In this document: positions 19,573 to 28,900 of the stretch, piece by piece | Numbering within the stretch: the first letter of the stretch is position 1 | How the letters are laid out: each line of letters opens with the position of its first letter | Source of the DNA: a virus | DNA length: 64,000 bases | IMG/VR virus record: IMGVR_UViG_3300027763_000040 | Location: 1 to 64,000 of that record | Direction: 5' to 3' (one strand) | Notes under the pieces: generated by a model | What the model was told of the DNA's origin: nothing | The model's database searches: none | What the model saw: only the letters and a program-made list of their open reading frames with translations | Made by a program: the position numbers and the translations under genes

Positions 19573-19601
19573 ATTATAACTCAAAGAATCATAATAGTCA
19601 A
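19573..19601 (-). promoter_or_regulatory. Sigma70-type promoter directly upstream of tRNA-Leu
   Basis: TTGACT-17 nt-TATAAT, overlapping a 14-bp inverted repeat (GACTATTATGATTC/GAGTTATAATAGTC). Confidence 0.7.
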
Positions 19602-19602
19602 G

Positions 19603-19676
19603 TGCTCCTTGTCGGGATCGAACCGACCTTAGCCGAATTATGAGTTCGGTGCTTTCAACCAGAGAGCTAAAGGAGC
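19603..19676 (-). tRNA. tRNA with CAU anticodon, probably Ile2 (lysidine-modified); elongator Met not excluded
   Basis: GCTCCTT/AAGGAGC acceptor stem, CCGAA-CTCATAA-TTCGG anticodon arm, GGTTCGATCCC T arm. C4-G69 and C5-G68 pairs are TilS-type determinants. Confidence 0.85.
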
Positions 19677-19706
19677 ATTCTCTATTCGCAAATAACGAAT
19701 AGCAAA

Positions 19707-19794
19707 TAGTCGCCCAGGGTATCGAACCCTGCCAAAGGCCCTAATCTGGGGCAAAGGACTTATAAGATCCCTCTGAACACCTGTTCTGACGACC
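19707..19794 (-). tRNA. Atypical tRNA-like RNA with UAU anticodon (nominally Ile)
   Basis: GGTCGTC/GGCGACT-A acceptor stem, CAGGG-TTCGATA-CCCTG T arm, CTTATAA loop. D-loop is only 4 nt and the variable arm is long. Confidence 0.7.
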
Positions 19795-19811
19795 ATAAAA
19801 AACTCAGAATA

Positions 19812-19985
19812 CTACTGAGCTTCGTTATTCTCCTCGGTGTGTATTCGTATAAGGTCGTCATCTGCGGGCATCATCACTGCTGCCTGCCCGTTTTCGTTGA
19901 CGATACCTAAATGTTCTCCATTTTCAACTCTTTCCACAAGTTCGTCGAATCTTTCTTGAAACTCTTCCACTGTAAAAACTTCCAT
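19812..19985 (-). CDS. 57-aa protein resembling the Phd/YefM antitoxin N-terminal fold, missed by the ORF track
   Basis: MEVFTVEEFQERFDELVERVENGEHLGIVNENGQAAVMMP... follows the Phd pattern of helices plus a beta hairpin. Confidence 0.65.
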   Translation of the reverse strand: MEVFTVEEFQERFDELVERVENGEHLGIVNENGQAAVMMPADDDLIRIHTEENNEAQ

Positions 19986-19988
19986 TTC

Positions 19989-20174
19989 TTAAAAGGGATT
20001 ACTGTATGCAAGGCAATCTTCACTTACCCGAGTGCGAACTACTTCCAGTACGCTCATAAACTGGTCAACAGTCTCACATTCTACAACTTGTTCTTTACCT
20101 TCACTCGAATAAAGATAGAACTTTCGTGCAAGAGTATCGACAACGCAACGACTCAAGAACTCTTCGGTTTGCAT
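19989..20174 (-). CDS. Small hypothetical protein
   Basis: 61 aa, first gene after the promoter at 20200-20255. Confidence 0.7.
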   Translation of the reverse strand: MQTEEFLSRCVVDTLARKFYLYSSEGKEQVVECETVDQFMSVLEVVRTRVSEDCLAYSNPF

Positions 20175-20199
20175 TCGGTCTTTGATTGATTACCTGAAT

Positions 20200-20255
20200 A
20201 TTATATGACGCTTAGGGGAATCTGTCAAGGGGGATGTGCCAGTTGATCAAGTGTA
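20200..20255 (-). promoter_or_regulatory. Early-type promoter with upstream two-box motif, driving the small ORFs and tRNA cluster
   Basis: TACAC-TTGATCAA-CTGGCAC ... TTGACA-17 nt-TATAAT (perfect consensus). Confidence 0.8.
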
Positions 20256-20258
20256 ACA

Positions 20259-20822
20259 TTAAATACTAAAGTAAAAATAAGCATTAGCGCCATATGTGCT
20301 CGCAAAAAGTCCATTTCCACCATTTATAGAACCATCTGTTGTGTATTGCACTTGTCCAGAATTAGAAAGTGATGCTGGATTAAATGGAGATGTTGTATAA
20401 TATTGATTACTTACATTACCCGAAACTCTAAAAATTCGATTACCATTAAATGACATGCTATAAAAATCAAAAAATAACTCAGATGCGCCATAAATTCCAC
20501 TAACTCCAAGAAATCCAGTTCTGAAGATATAAAAAATATCATTCAGTATATTATAATTTGTTGTTGATAGTGGAGTAATATTGGTTGTTTGAATCACCCC
20601 ATCGCCTGAAAAAGTTGTACCAGGATAAGTCACTGGAAATCTGATAGATTTTGTTCCGTTGGGGTCATTTAATACTTCAATACTATATGTGGTAGAAGAT
20701 GCGCCGAGGAAAGTATAAGTATTTCCAGAAGTTGTACCTAATGAAAAATCCACAGAACTTTGAACTATTCCATCAACTAATGAATAACCACTAAAAAAAA
20801 ACATCTGTTGAATAGTTGTCAT
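20259..20822 (-). CDS. Fibre-associated hypothetical protein
   Basis: 187 aa, S/T/G/N/F-rich, ATGA-coupled to the fibre gene. Confidence 0.65.
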   Translation of the reverse strand: MTTIQQMFFFSGYSLVDGIVQSSVDFSLGTTSGNTYTFLGASSTTYSIEVLNDPNGTKSIRFPVTYPGTTFSGDGVIQTTNITPLSTTNYNILNDIFYIFRTGFLGVSGIYGASELFFDFYSMSFNGNRIFRVSGNVSNQYYTTSPFNPASLSNSGQVQYTTDGSINGGNGLFASTYGANAYFYFSI

Positions 20823-23800
20823 GATAATCCTGCTCCAGAAATTACAAATGTATTAGGTGTAACGACACAAAGAACAGTACATACACCTCTTTGTGCCAAT
20901 ATTCTATCTGCATTTATTGAAGTTCCGGCAAGATACATTGTTACTCCTGATCGAGAAATTGTTTGTGATGATGCAGAATTATTATAGATTGTAATTGCAT
21001 CACCTGCACTGAACACACCAGATGGAACAGTAACTCCACCTGTGGTGGTATTAATCAATTCTCCAACATCTTCTATTACAAGAGTATAACTAGCAGATTT
21101 CGCATTATTTGGAAGTTTTCTAATATTTCCACCTACATCTGCAACTATTGTTGATGTTAATGTTCCAGTTGATGGATTGTATGTGAGTTTACTTGATGAT
21201 GTTCTAAAATCAGCACTAGATGAAGATGTTGAAATTGTTGGATAATAAGTTGAATTTGTACTGGTATCATCAGATAATAATGCAGTAGATTTTCCAACAG
21301 CAGAAGTAACCGCCCAGGTACGGTAATTGGAACCAGCAGAATAAGTTTGAGTACTATATCTTAAATAAACTCCATTATAATATTTTGCCGCTGCTGGAAC
21401 TGTTGCGGATACCAATGTCCAAACATTAGAAGTATAACTTCCAACAGTAACAGTACCTAAAATATTCCAGATTGAATTGTCATAAGAATATTCCAAATAT
21501 AGATCATCATAAGCAGTATCTCCCCATCCACCACCACCTCGGTTTACATAAAATTGAATAATATCGACTGCTGCAAGACAAATCTTAGATCTGTTGGTTA
21601 TTCTTCTGGGAGATCCATACCATCCAGGATAAAGATCCGCTTCACCAAATACTACAATTGAAGTTGTGGATGGAACTTGAGTAGCTGAATTCATTCCAGA
21701 TACTGATCCAACAGTAGTTAATCTTCCCCCAGATGTAGGAGTTGGAAGATCCACCGTATCTTGATTTAATAAATCAATTACACTAAAACTACTTGGACTA
21801 TATGATTGATCAAATTCATTAATTGTTGTTACTATTGAAGTAACAGCCCAAGTACGATAAACATTTGCAGTACCATAAGAACCATTATTAAATCTTAAAA
21901 ATACACCATTATAATACTTTGCCGCTGCAGGAATTACAACTTCTCTTAGTGCCCATACGTTACTGAATACCTCTGTATATCCATCATAACTAGCAACGCC
22001 TACAGTATAAAGTGTAGTCCAACCACTAGTCCCATTAATAGAATATTCCAAGTATAACGGATCGTATGCTATATCTCCCCATCCACCACCACCTCTATTT
22101 ACATAGAAATATAAAGTTTTTAGTCCTGCAAGAAAAACCTTATTTTTAATAGTGACTGTTCTTGTAGAACTAATATATCCATTACCATCAAAAACTATAA
22201 TTGGAGTTGTGGATGGAACTTGAGTAGCTACTGCCATTCCAGTTACTGATCCAACAGTCGTTAATCTGGTTCCTGGTTGAGGTGTTGGTAGATCAAAATT
22301 ATTTGAAGATGATAAATCTAATAGTGCAAGAGAAGTAGATCCTCCAGATGAACCAGTAGATCCTGCTGCACCATCTAAATCAAATGTTATGGAAGTAACA
22401 GCCCAAGTACGATAAACACTTGCAGTACCATAATAACCATTATTAAATCTTAAAAAGACGCCATTATAATACTTTGCCGCAGCTGGAACTGTAATACTCA
22501 ATAATGTCCATACATTACTATCTTGAATATCTCCATCATCAATCGTCCATAAAGTAGTCCAACTAGAACCGTCAATAGAATATTGTAAATATAAAGGATC
22601 GTATGCTATATCTCCCCATCCACCACCACCTTTATTCACATAGAAATAAACTTTACTTACTGATGTTAGAAAAACCTTATTCTTAGTAGTGACTGTTCTT
22701 GTTGAATTATTGTAACCATTACCATCAAAAACTATAATTGGAGTCGTGGATGGAACTTCAGTTCTTGAATTCATTCCAGATACTGATCCAACAGTCGTTA
22801 ATCTGGTTCCTGGTTGAGGTGTTGGTAAATCAAAATTATTTGAAGATGATAAATCTAATAGTGCAAGAGAAGTAGATCCTCCGGATGATGCTCCTCCAGA
22901 TGATCCTGGAATAGAAAAAGATGCTACTATGGAAGTAACAGCCCAAGTACGATAAACAGTTGCAGTACCATAAGAACCATTATTAAATCTTAAAAATACA
23001 CCATTATAATACTTTGCCGCAGCTGGAACTGTAATACTCAATAATGTCCATACATTACTATCTTGAATATCTCCATCATCAATCGTCCATAAAGTAGTCC
23101 AACCACTAGTCCCATTAATAGAATATTCCAAGTATAAAGGATCGTATGCTATATCTCCCCATCCACCACCACCTTTATTCACATAGAAATAAATTTTATC
23201 TACAGTAACAAAATATACTTTATTTGGGGTGGTAACTGTTCTTGTACTACTATATATACCATTACCATCAAAAACTGCAATTGGAGTTGTGCCTGGAACT
23301 TCAGTTCTTGTATTCATTCCAGTTACTGATCCAACAGTCGTTAATCTGGTTCCAGAATTATTGGGATATGTTGGCAATATTGCTGTATTTGATGTTGATA
23401 AATCAAAAACTGCAAATGAGTTTGATCCACTACTTGATGAAGATCCGCCAGAAGCACCCAATTGATAAATTAGTGATGTAACTGCCCAAGTATCATTTCC
23501 AGAACTTGGAGATGTGGATTGGGCAAATCTTAAAAAGACGCCATTATAATATTGAGAACCTGTAAAATTACTAAGTATAATTTCTCGTTGTGTCCATACA
23601 TTACTAGATAATACCGAATAATCTACAGAATCTATAGTAGTCCAACTAGAACCATTAATCGAATATTGTAAATTTATTGCATCAAAAGGAGTATCTCCCC
23701 ATCCACCACCGCCTCGGTTTATATAATAAAATAACTTAGTTACTGATGTTAAATAAACTTTATTAATATTTGTTAAAGTTCTAGCACCAGTGCCGTCAAA

Positions 23801-25531
23801 AACTGCAATTGAAGTCGTGCCTGGAACTTGAGTATCTACATTTATTCCAGTTACTGATCCAACAGTTGTGAGTCTCGCACCTGCCCCTACAGTTAATGTT
23901 CCAGATACAGAAGTATCCATTAAAGCAAGACTTCCACCACTTCCACTAGTGGCGACTGAAGCAGAAGCACCTTGAAGTCCTTGGGTATTCTGAGTACCTT
24001 GAGCACCTGCTCCACCTTGAGCACCAGAACCGCCAGTAAATCCTTGAGCACCTTGACGACCTTGAGCACCTTGTGATCCTACACTACCTTGAGCGCCTGT
24101 AGAACCAGTTTGTCCAGATACTCCTTGAAGACCTTGGTTACCTTGAGCACCTTGACGACCTTGAGTACCTTGATCACCTACAGCACCTTGAGCACCCGAG
24201 AATCCACTAAGACCTTGAATACCTTGGCGACCTTGAGTACCTTGGAAACCTTGTGGCCCTTGAATACCTTGAGCGCCTTGATTTCCTGCAGTTCCTTGAA
24301 TACCTTGAGCACCTTGATCTCCTTTAATACCCGCCTGTCCAGTCAATCCTTGAGTACCTTGATAACCTTGCGATCCTATAGATCCTTGAGTACCTTGATT
24401 TGCTCTTCCTTGAATACCTTGAGCTCCTTGGAACCCAGCAGATCCTTGAGCACCTTGTGAACCAACACCTTGCAATCCTTGAATACCTTGAATTCCTTGA
24501 TTACCTTGATTACCTTGAGTACCTTGGAAATTACTCAAAAATCCTTGAAGACCTTGAATACCTTGATTACCTTGCGTACTTTGAATTCCTTGAGCACCTT
24601 GACCAACAAATTCACCAGAAAGTCCTTGAGCACCTTGAGTTCCTTGAGCACCTTGAGTTCCTTGAGCACCTTGTCCAACAAATAAACCAGAAACGCCTTG
24701 AATACCTTGACGACCTTGAGTACCTTGAGTACCTTGATCACCCACAGTTCCTTGACTCCCCACAGAACCAACTGATCCACTAATACCCTGAAATCCTTGT
24801 GATCCTATGGATCCTTGAATACCTTGATTTGATAATCCTTGAGTACCCTGATTTCCTTGAATACCCTGAAATCCTTGAGATCCTATAGATCCCTGAGTAC
24901 CTTGATTTGATAATCCCTGAGTACCTTGAGTACCTTGATTTCCTTGAGTACCCTGAGATCCTTGAGATCCTTGAGTACTCTGATTTCCTTGAACACCTTG
25001 ATTTCCTTGACGACCTTGAGTACCTTGAGCACCTTGACCAACAAATTCTCCACTTATACCCTGATTACCCTGATTACCCTGATTACCTTGATTACCCTGA
25101 GTCCCTTGAGTACCTTGGGCACCTTGAGAACCTTGACGACCTTGAGTACCCTGAGTACCCTGAGTACCTTGAGTACCCTGAGTACCTTGAGTACCTTGGA
25201 AATTACTTAAAAATCCTTGAACACCTTGAGCACCCTGAGTACCTTGAGCACCCTGAGTACCTTGAGCACCCTGAGTACCAGAAGGTCCAGTAGAACCAAT
25301 TCCAGAAAGACTACTTGTTTTTATCCAATATCTTTTTCCAATTTCTCCCGCTACTGCACCTAAAAGGTATTGATCTCCTACTGGAAAAGGATTTGCAACA
25401 ACAGATGATACACCAACTATTGGATCTCCTAAATCTGGTTCTGCTTGCTCTAATCCCAGATATTGGTAACGATCCGATGTAATACCAGTTTGTCCAAATC
25501 TTTTTACTCTTCCAGAATTATATTTTGTCAT
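20819..25531 (-). CDS. Collagen-like fibre protein with five tandem reelin-like beta-sandwich domains
   Basis: About 440 aa of Gly-X-Gln triplets, then five repeats of about 180 aa (LEYS.NG..W.TL...W......P...FLRF....TWAVTS), then a C-terminal fibre domain. Confidence 0.8.
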   Translation of the reverse strand: MTKYNSGRVKRFGQTGITSDRYQYLGLEQAEPDLGDPIVGVSSVVANPFPVGDQYLLGAVAGEIGKRYWIKTSSLSGIGSTGPSGTQGAQGTQGAQGTQGAQGVQGFLSNFQGTQGTQGTQGTQGTQGTQGRQGSQGAQGTQGTQGNQGNQGNQGNQGISGEFVGQGAQGTQGRQGNQGVQGNQSTQGSQGSQGTQGNQGTQGTQGLSNQGTQGSIGSQGFQGIQGNQGTQGLSNQGIQGSIGSQGFQGISGSVGSVGSQGTVGDQGTQGTQGRQGIQGVSGLFVGQGAQGTQGAQGTQGAQGLSGEFVGQGAQGIQSTQGNQGIQGLQGFLSNFQGTQGNQGNQGIQGIQGLQGVGSQGAQGSAGFQGAQGIQGRANQGTQGSIGSQGYQGTQGLTGQAGIKGDQGAQGIQGTAGNQGAQGIQGPQGFQGTQGRQGIQGLSGFSGAQGAVGDQGTQGRQGAQGNQGLQGVSGQTGSTGAQGSVGSQGAQGRQGAQGFTGGSGAQGGAGAQGTQNTQGLQGASASVATSGSGGSLALMDTSVSGTLTVGAGARLTTVGSVTGINVDTQVPGTTSIAVFDGTGARTLTNINKVYLTSVTKLFYYINRGGGGWGDTPFDAINLQYSINGSSWTTIDSVDYSVLSSNVWTQREIILSNFTGSQYYNGVFLRFAQSTSPSSGNDTWAVTSLIYQLGASGGSSSSSGSNSFAVFDLSTSNTAILPTYPNNSGTRLTTVGSVTGMNTRTEVPGTTPIAVFDGNGIYSSTRTVTTPNKVYFVTVDKIYFYVNKGGGGWGDIAYDPLYLEYSINGTSGWTTLWTIDDGDIQDSNVWTLLSITVPAAAKYYNGVFLRFNNGSYGTATVYRTWAVTSIVASFSIPGSSGGASSGGSTSLALLDLSSSNNFDLPTPQPGTRLTTVGSVSGMNSRTEVPSTTPIIVFDGNGYNNSTRTVTTKNKVFLTSVSKVYFYVNKGGGGWGDIAYDPLYLQYSIDGSSWTTLWTIDDGDIQDSNVWTLLSITVPAAAKYYNGVFLRFNNGYYGTASVYRTWAVTSITFDLDGAAGSTGSSGGSTSLALLDLSSSNNFDLPTPQPGTRLTTVGSVTGMAVATQVPSTTPIIVFDGNGYISSTRTVTIKNKVFLAGLKTLYFYVNRGGGGWGDIAYDPLYLEYSINGTSGWTTLYTVGVASYDGYTEVFSNVWALREVVIPAAAKYYNGVFLRFNNGSYGTANVYRTWAVTSIVTTINEFDQSYSPSSFSVIDLLNQDTVDLPTPTSGGRLTTVGSVSGMNSATQVPSTTSIVVFGEADLYPGWYGSPRRITNRSKICLAAVDIIQFYVNRGGGGWGDTAYDDLYLEYSYDNSIWNILGTVTVGSYTSNVWTLVSATVPAAAKYYNGVYLRYSTQTYSAGSNYRTWAVTSAVGKSTALLSDDTSTNSTYYPTISTSSSSADFRTSSSKLTYNPSTGTLTSTIVADVGGNIRKLPNNAKSASYTLVIEDVGELINTTTGGVTVPSGVFSAGDAITIYNNSASSQTISRSGVTMYLAGTSINADRILAQRGVCTVLCVVTPNTFVISGAGLS
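21290..23930. repeat. Five imperfect tandem repeats of about 540 bp
   Basis: Near-identical blocks recur at 540-bp spacing, e.g. gaagtaacagcccaagtacgataaac near 21836, 22392 and 22932 and tctccccatccaccacc in all five units. Boundaries are approximate. Confidence 0.85.
23970..25285. repeat. 9-bp-period coding repeat (Gly-X-Gln)
   Basis: Tandem ccttgagta / ccttgagca / ccttgatta units. Confidence 0.9.
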
Positions 25532-25539
25532 TTATTTTA

Positions 25540-25899
25540 TTACTGCTTAGCAGTTTCAAGAACACTTAAAATAAGATTCAATACTCCATTTGCATTTGCT
25601 TGAATTTTAATAGCATCATTAGTTTCTAATGCCAGTCTCCCATCAGAAACCAAATTATAAGCATCATTTGGAGGAATTGAAACTGCATTTGCAAAAACAT
25701 AATCCGTAGGACTATCCGTACCCCTATAATGTGATGCTGTCACTGAATATGTACTTGCAGATGCTCCTACGGAAATATTAGCAACTTTGGAAAGAATAAC
25801 AATTGAAGATACTCCAATTGGGCAAGTATAAATTCCAACATTATTTGTTGTAATTCCGACTCGTATTGTTCTAAATTTATTAAGTGCAATTGCTGCCAT
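25540..25899 (-). CDS. Small structural-cluster protein
   Basis: 119-aa beta-rich ORF (IYTCPIG...IPPNDA...LALET.D) between two fibre genes. Confidence 0.7.
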   Translation of the reverse strand: MAAIALNKFRTIRVGITTNNVGIYTCPIGVSSIVILSKVANISVGASASTYSVTASHYRGTDSPTDYVFANAVSIPPNDAYNLVSDGRLALETNDAIKIQANANGVLNLILSVLETAKQ

Positions 25900-25903
25900 T
25901 TTT

Positions 25904-28900
25904 TTAACTCAATGCAATGATTAGGGGTGTTACTGTATTTAACAGACTTTGACTGAACGCCCTTCCAGAAATAGTACCAGTTAATTGATTAATTACAACG
26001 CCATCACCAATTTGGAAGTTACCGCCTTGATTTGTACTGGTATAAACAACTTGTCCACCATTACGTTTATCAGTTTCATTTTCCTGAATAGTAACTCCAC
26101 CCAATGCGGGTTTTGCAGTATTAATATCTGTACCAGATCCTACCCATTCAAGTGAAATTGATGTTGCAATCTGAAGGCTGATTCTTGAGAAATAAACTGT
26201 CGTACCAGGATCAACACTATTATTTAGATTCTGTGTCAGAATAACAGTTGAGATGCCAGAAACAGGAAGTGTTGCAGTTTGAATCGTATAATATAAAGGA
26301 TATAATACTGCTGTTGCATCACCACCAACTCCAGATCCTCCAGGAGCATTGGAAATTGTTACATTAGGAACTGTTGAATATTGACTTCCAGTACTAATAA
26401 CATCAATGGAAGTTATAATACCATTTTCATCCACATTTGCGGATGCTTCTGCACGAATTCCACTAGGACCTTCTGGAAAATCAATTGTCACATTTGGTGG
26501 ATTAAGTTGACTATATCCACTTCCACCATTAGTAACTTGAAGAGAATTTATTTGATAATATAATTCTCCAAAATAAATTGCCTGACCATCATATGGACGT
26601 TGCCCGCCCAATCCAGAAATTGTCACAGTATCAGTTTCAATTTCAGCACTATTAACTACTTCACCAGTATAACGGTAAATTGATTTTGTCTCATAATCTC
26701 CAACACCATCAGATACTAGTCCATAGTTTCCGAATGAACAGTTGGAGTTTGTAATGTCGCATTGTCCACCAGACTTAGTAAAGATGCCAATATCATCGCA
26801 AATTGTAAAGATCGAAACTAACTGAGAATATGCACCATTTGTAATTGAGCATCCAATTCCACCTTGATTGTATTGTGTATAAGAGTCAACACTCATGGTC
26901 CCAGTTACACCAATATCTTCTGCCTCTCCAGGTTCTGCGTTAAATCCATCAACTCTCATTCCAATACTATCTGGAATAAAGTTTGTACAGTTTCTAATAT
27001 AAGGACCTTGAGTAATAGGACCAACACCCTTAGAATATGGAGGAAGAACTACGCCACCAGTAACATACTTATGTGCCATTGGTGCTGTACCAACGTTAAC
27101 AGTAAATGTACTTCCAGTGCCAACAACACTTAATACTCTAAAATCATATCCATTATTTCCTGTTGGATAGATTGTAGTTGTTCCAGAACCACTTAAACAA
27201 GAAAACTCCAAATCACGAATGGTTACAAAATCTCCAACTCTCACATTCAAATTTGGAGCAGTGATTGTGGTAATTCCAGTTAAATTATTATATGATGCAG
27301 TGGTAACACCTACTGAACGATTTATAATATATCCTCCAGAAACATATGTATGTGGAATAGTACTAATTCCAGTATAGATGTCAAATGTCCCATTTGGATA
27401 GACTTTTTCAATATAAAACTCATATCCATATCTTCCAGATGGGAATAATTGAGTCGATGTTGGTCCACCAGATGAACAAGAGAAAAGTAAATCACGGACT
27501 TCGATAATATCACCCTTTTTCAAAGAGAATCCTTGTGATGTAATTGTTGTTTTACCACTCTTTTCATCATAAATTGCATTTTGAATTTTTCTAATCGAAT
27601 CAAATCCAGATCCCCTATTTCCGGGATATGTGGTATTAAATCCAACATATGCAAATGCTGTAGATCCAAATCCTACAATTGAAGTTACAATGCCAACACA
27701 AGATTTTAATGCTGATGCAACATCGGCACACGAAGCAATAACATCATTAAATCCGGTTTTAGGATCAACTTGCATTGCAAGATCTTTGATTTGTGTGTAT
27801 TGATTTTGGAAGTTTGTGTATTTTTGAATTGTTCCACCCGAAACATAAGTATGTGGTAAGGTTGATTGTCCAACTACAACTTCAAATGTGTTCACTCCAA
27901 CTATAGATTTAACTGGGAAAATATACCCAAGATTTCCACTTGGATATAATAATGTTCCAGGTCCAGAAGGGCAAGTGAATCCAAGACCAGCAATCTTTAC
28001 TGGATCATTTTTAGTCAATCCGTGGTTTATTGCGGTTATAGTTGTAATACCTGTATTTGCATCATACACAGCATTTACCACAGTGGTTCCCAATCCAACA
28101 GGATAACCTCCCCAGGAGCAGTTATTAATTACGGCTCGGGCAATATTGAATGAATAATTAAATGTTGAGATTGTTTGTTGAACTTCTCCAGGATTATGAA
28201 GAATTTGTGGAATTAGATTCCAATTAGAATCATAATAAGCTTTACCTGCCGCAACCGATCTAGAGTTTCCACCTCTTGTAATATCATGAATTATACACTT
28301 CCATACCGATCTAACATCATCTGAACAATCTCCACTTTCAAGTACAACACCATAACGAACTGATGGTGCAGTTAATGTACTTGCTGCCCCAATCATATTG
28401 GTCACAATACCGACAAGTTGGCGAATAGTTGTTCCGACACCAACACATCCACCATTTACAATAATTACCGATGCATCTTTGATTTGGGAAACACTACCAA
28501 TTCCAGATTGATATGAAATTGGAGGAGTATAATTATTAATCACATGAGTTGCAATTCCTGCAGCATAATTTAGTGCAGCAATTGTTGCTCTTTGAGTTGC
28601 AATACCAGTAATATGAATTAGACCACCAGAACTATTGAAATATGAATATCCCGCACCAATTGATTTGCGATTACTGTTTGCCTTAAGATCATAAGAAACA
28701 GCATTCATAATGCTGACAACATCTTCCCTACAGTTTGTATAATCTCCGCTTGATAATGTAAATCCATATCCAACAGGTGATGTTAAGAATCCAACTGCTT
28801 CTGCAGAAATATAATTTAAGTTCTTATCAATTAGTCTTGCAGCATCTTGCTCTCTGTGACTGCCTGCAAATCCACTAAATCCACTTGTTAAGAATCCAAC

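Noticed and set aside
19707-19794. tmRNA or selenocysteine tRNA interpretation of the odd tRNA
   Set aside because: No G3-U70 alanine identity pair or tag reading frame, the anticodon is not UCA, and the acceptor and T stems are 7/5.
21290-23930. Diversity-generating retroelement template/variable repeats (an Mtd_N-like domain is nearby)
   Set aside because: No reverse transcriptase in the window, all copies lie within one ORF, and the differences are block-like rather than adenine-specific.
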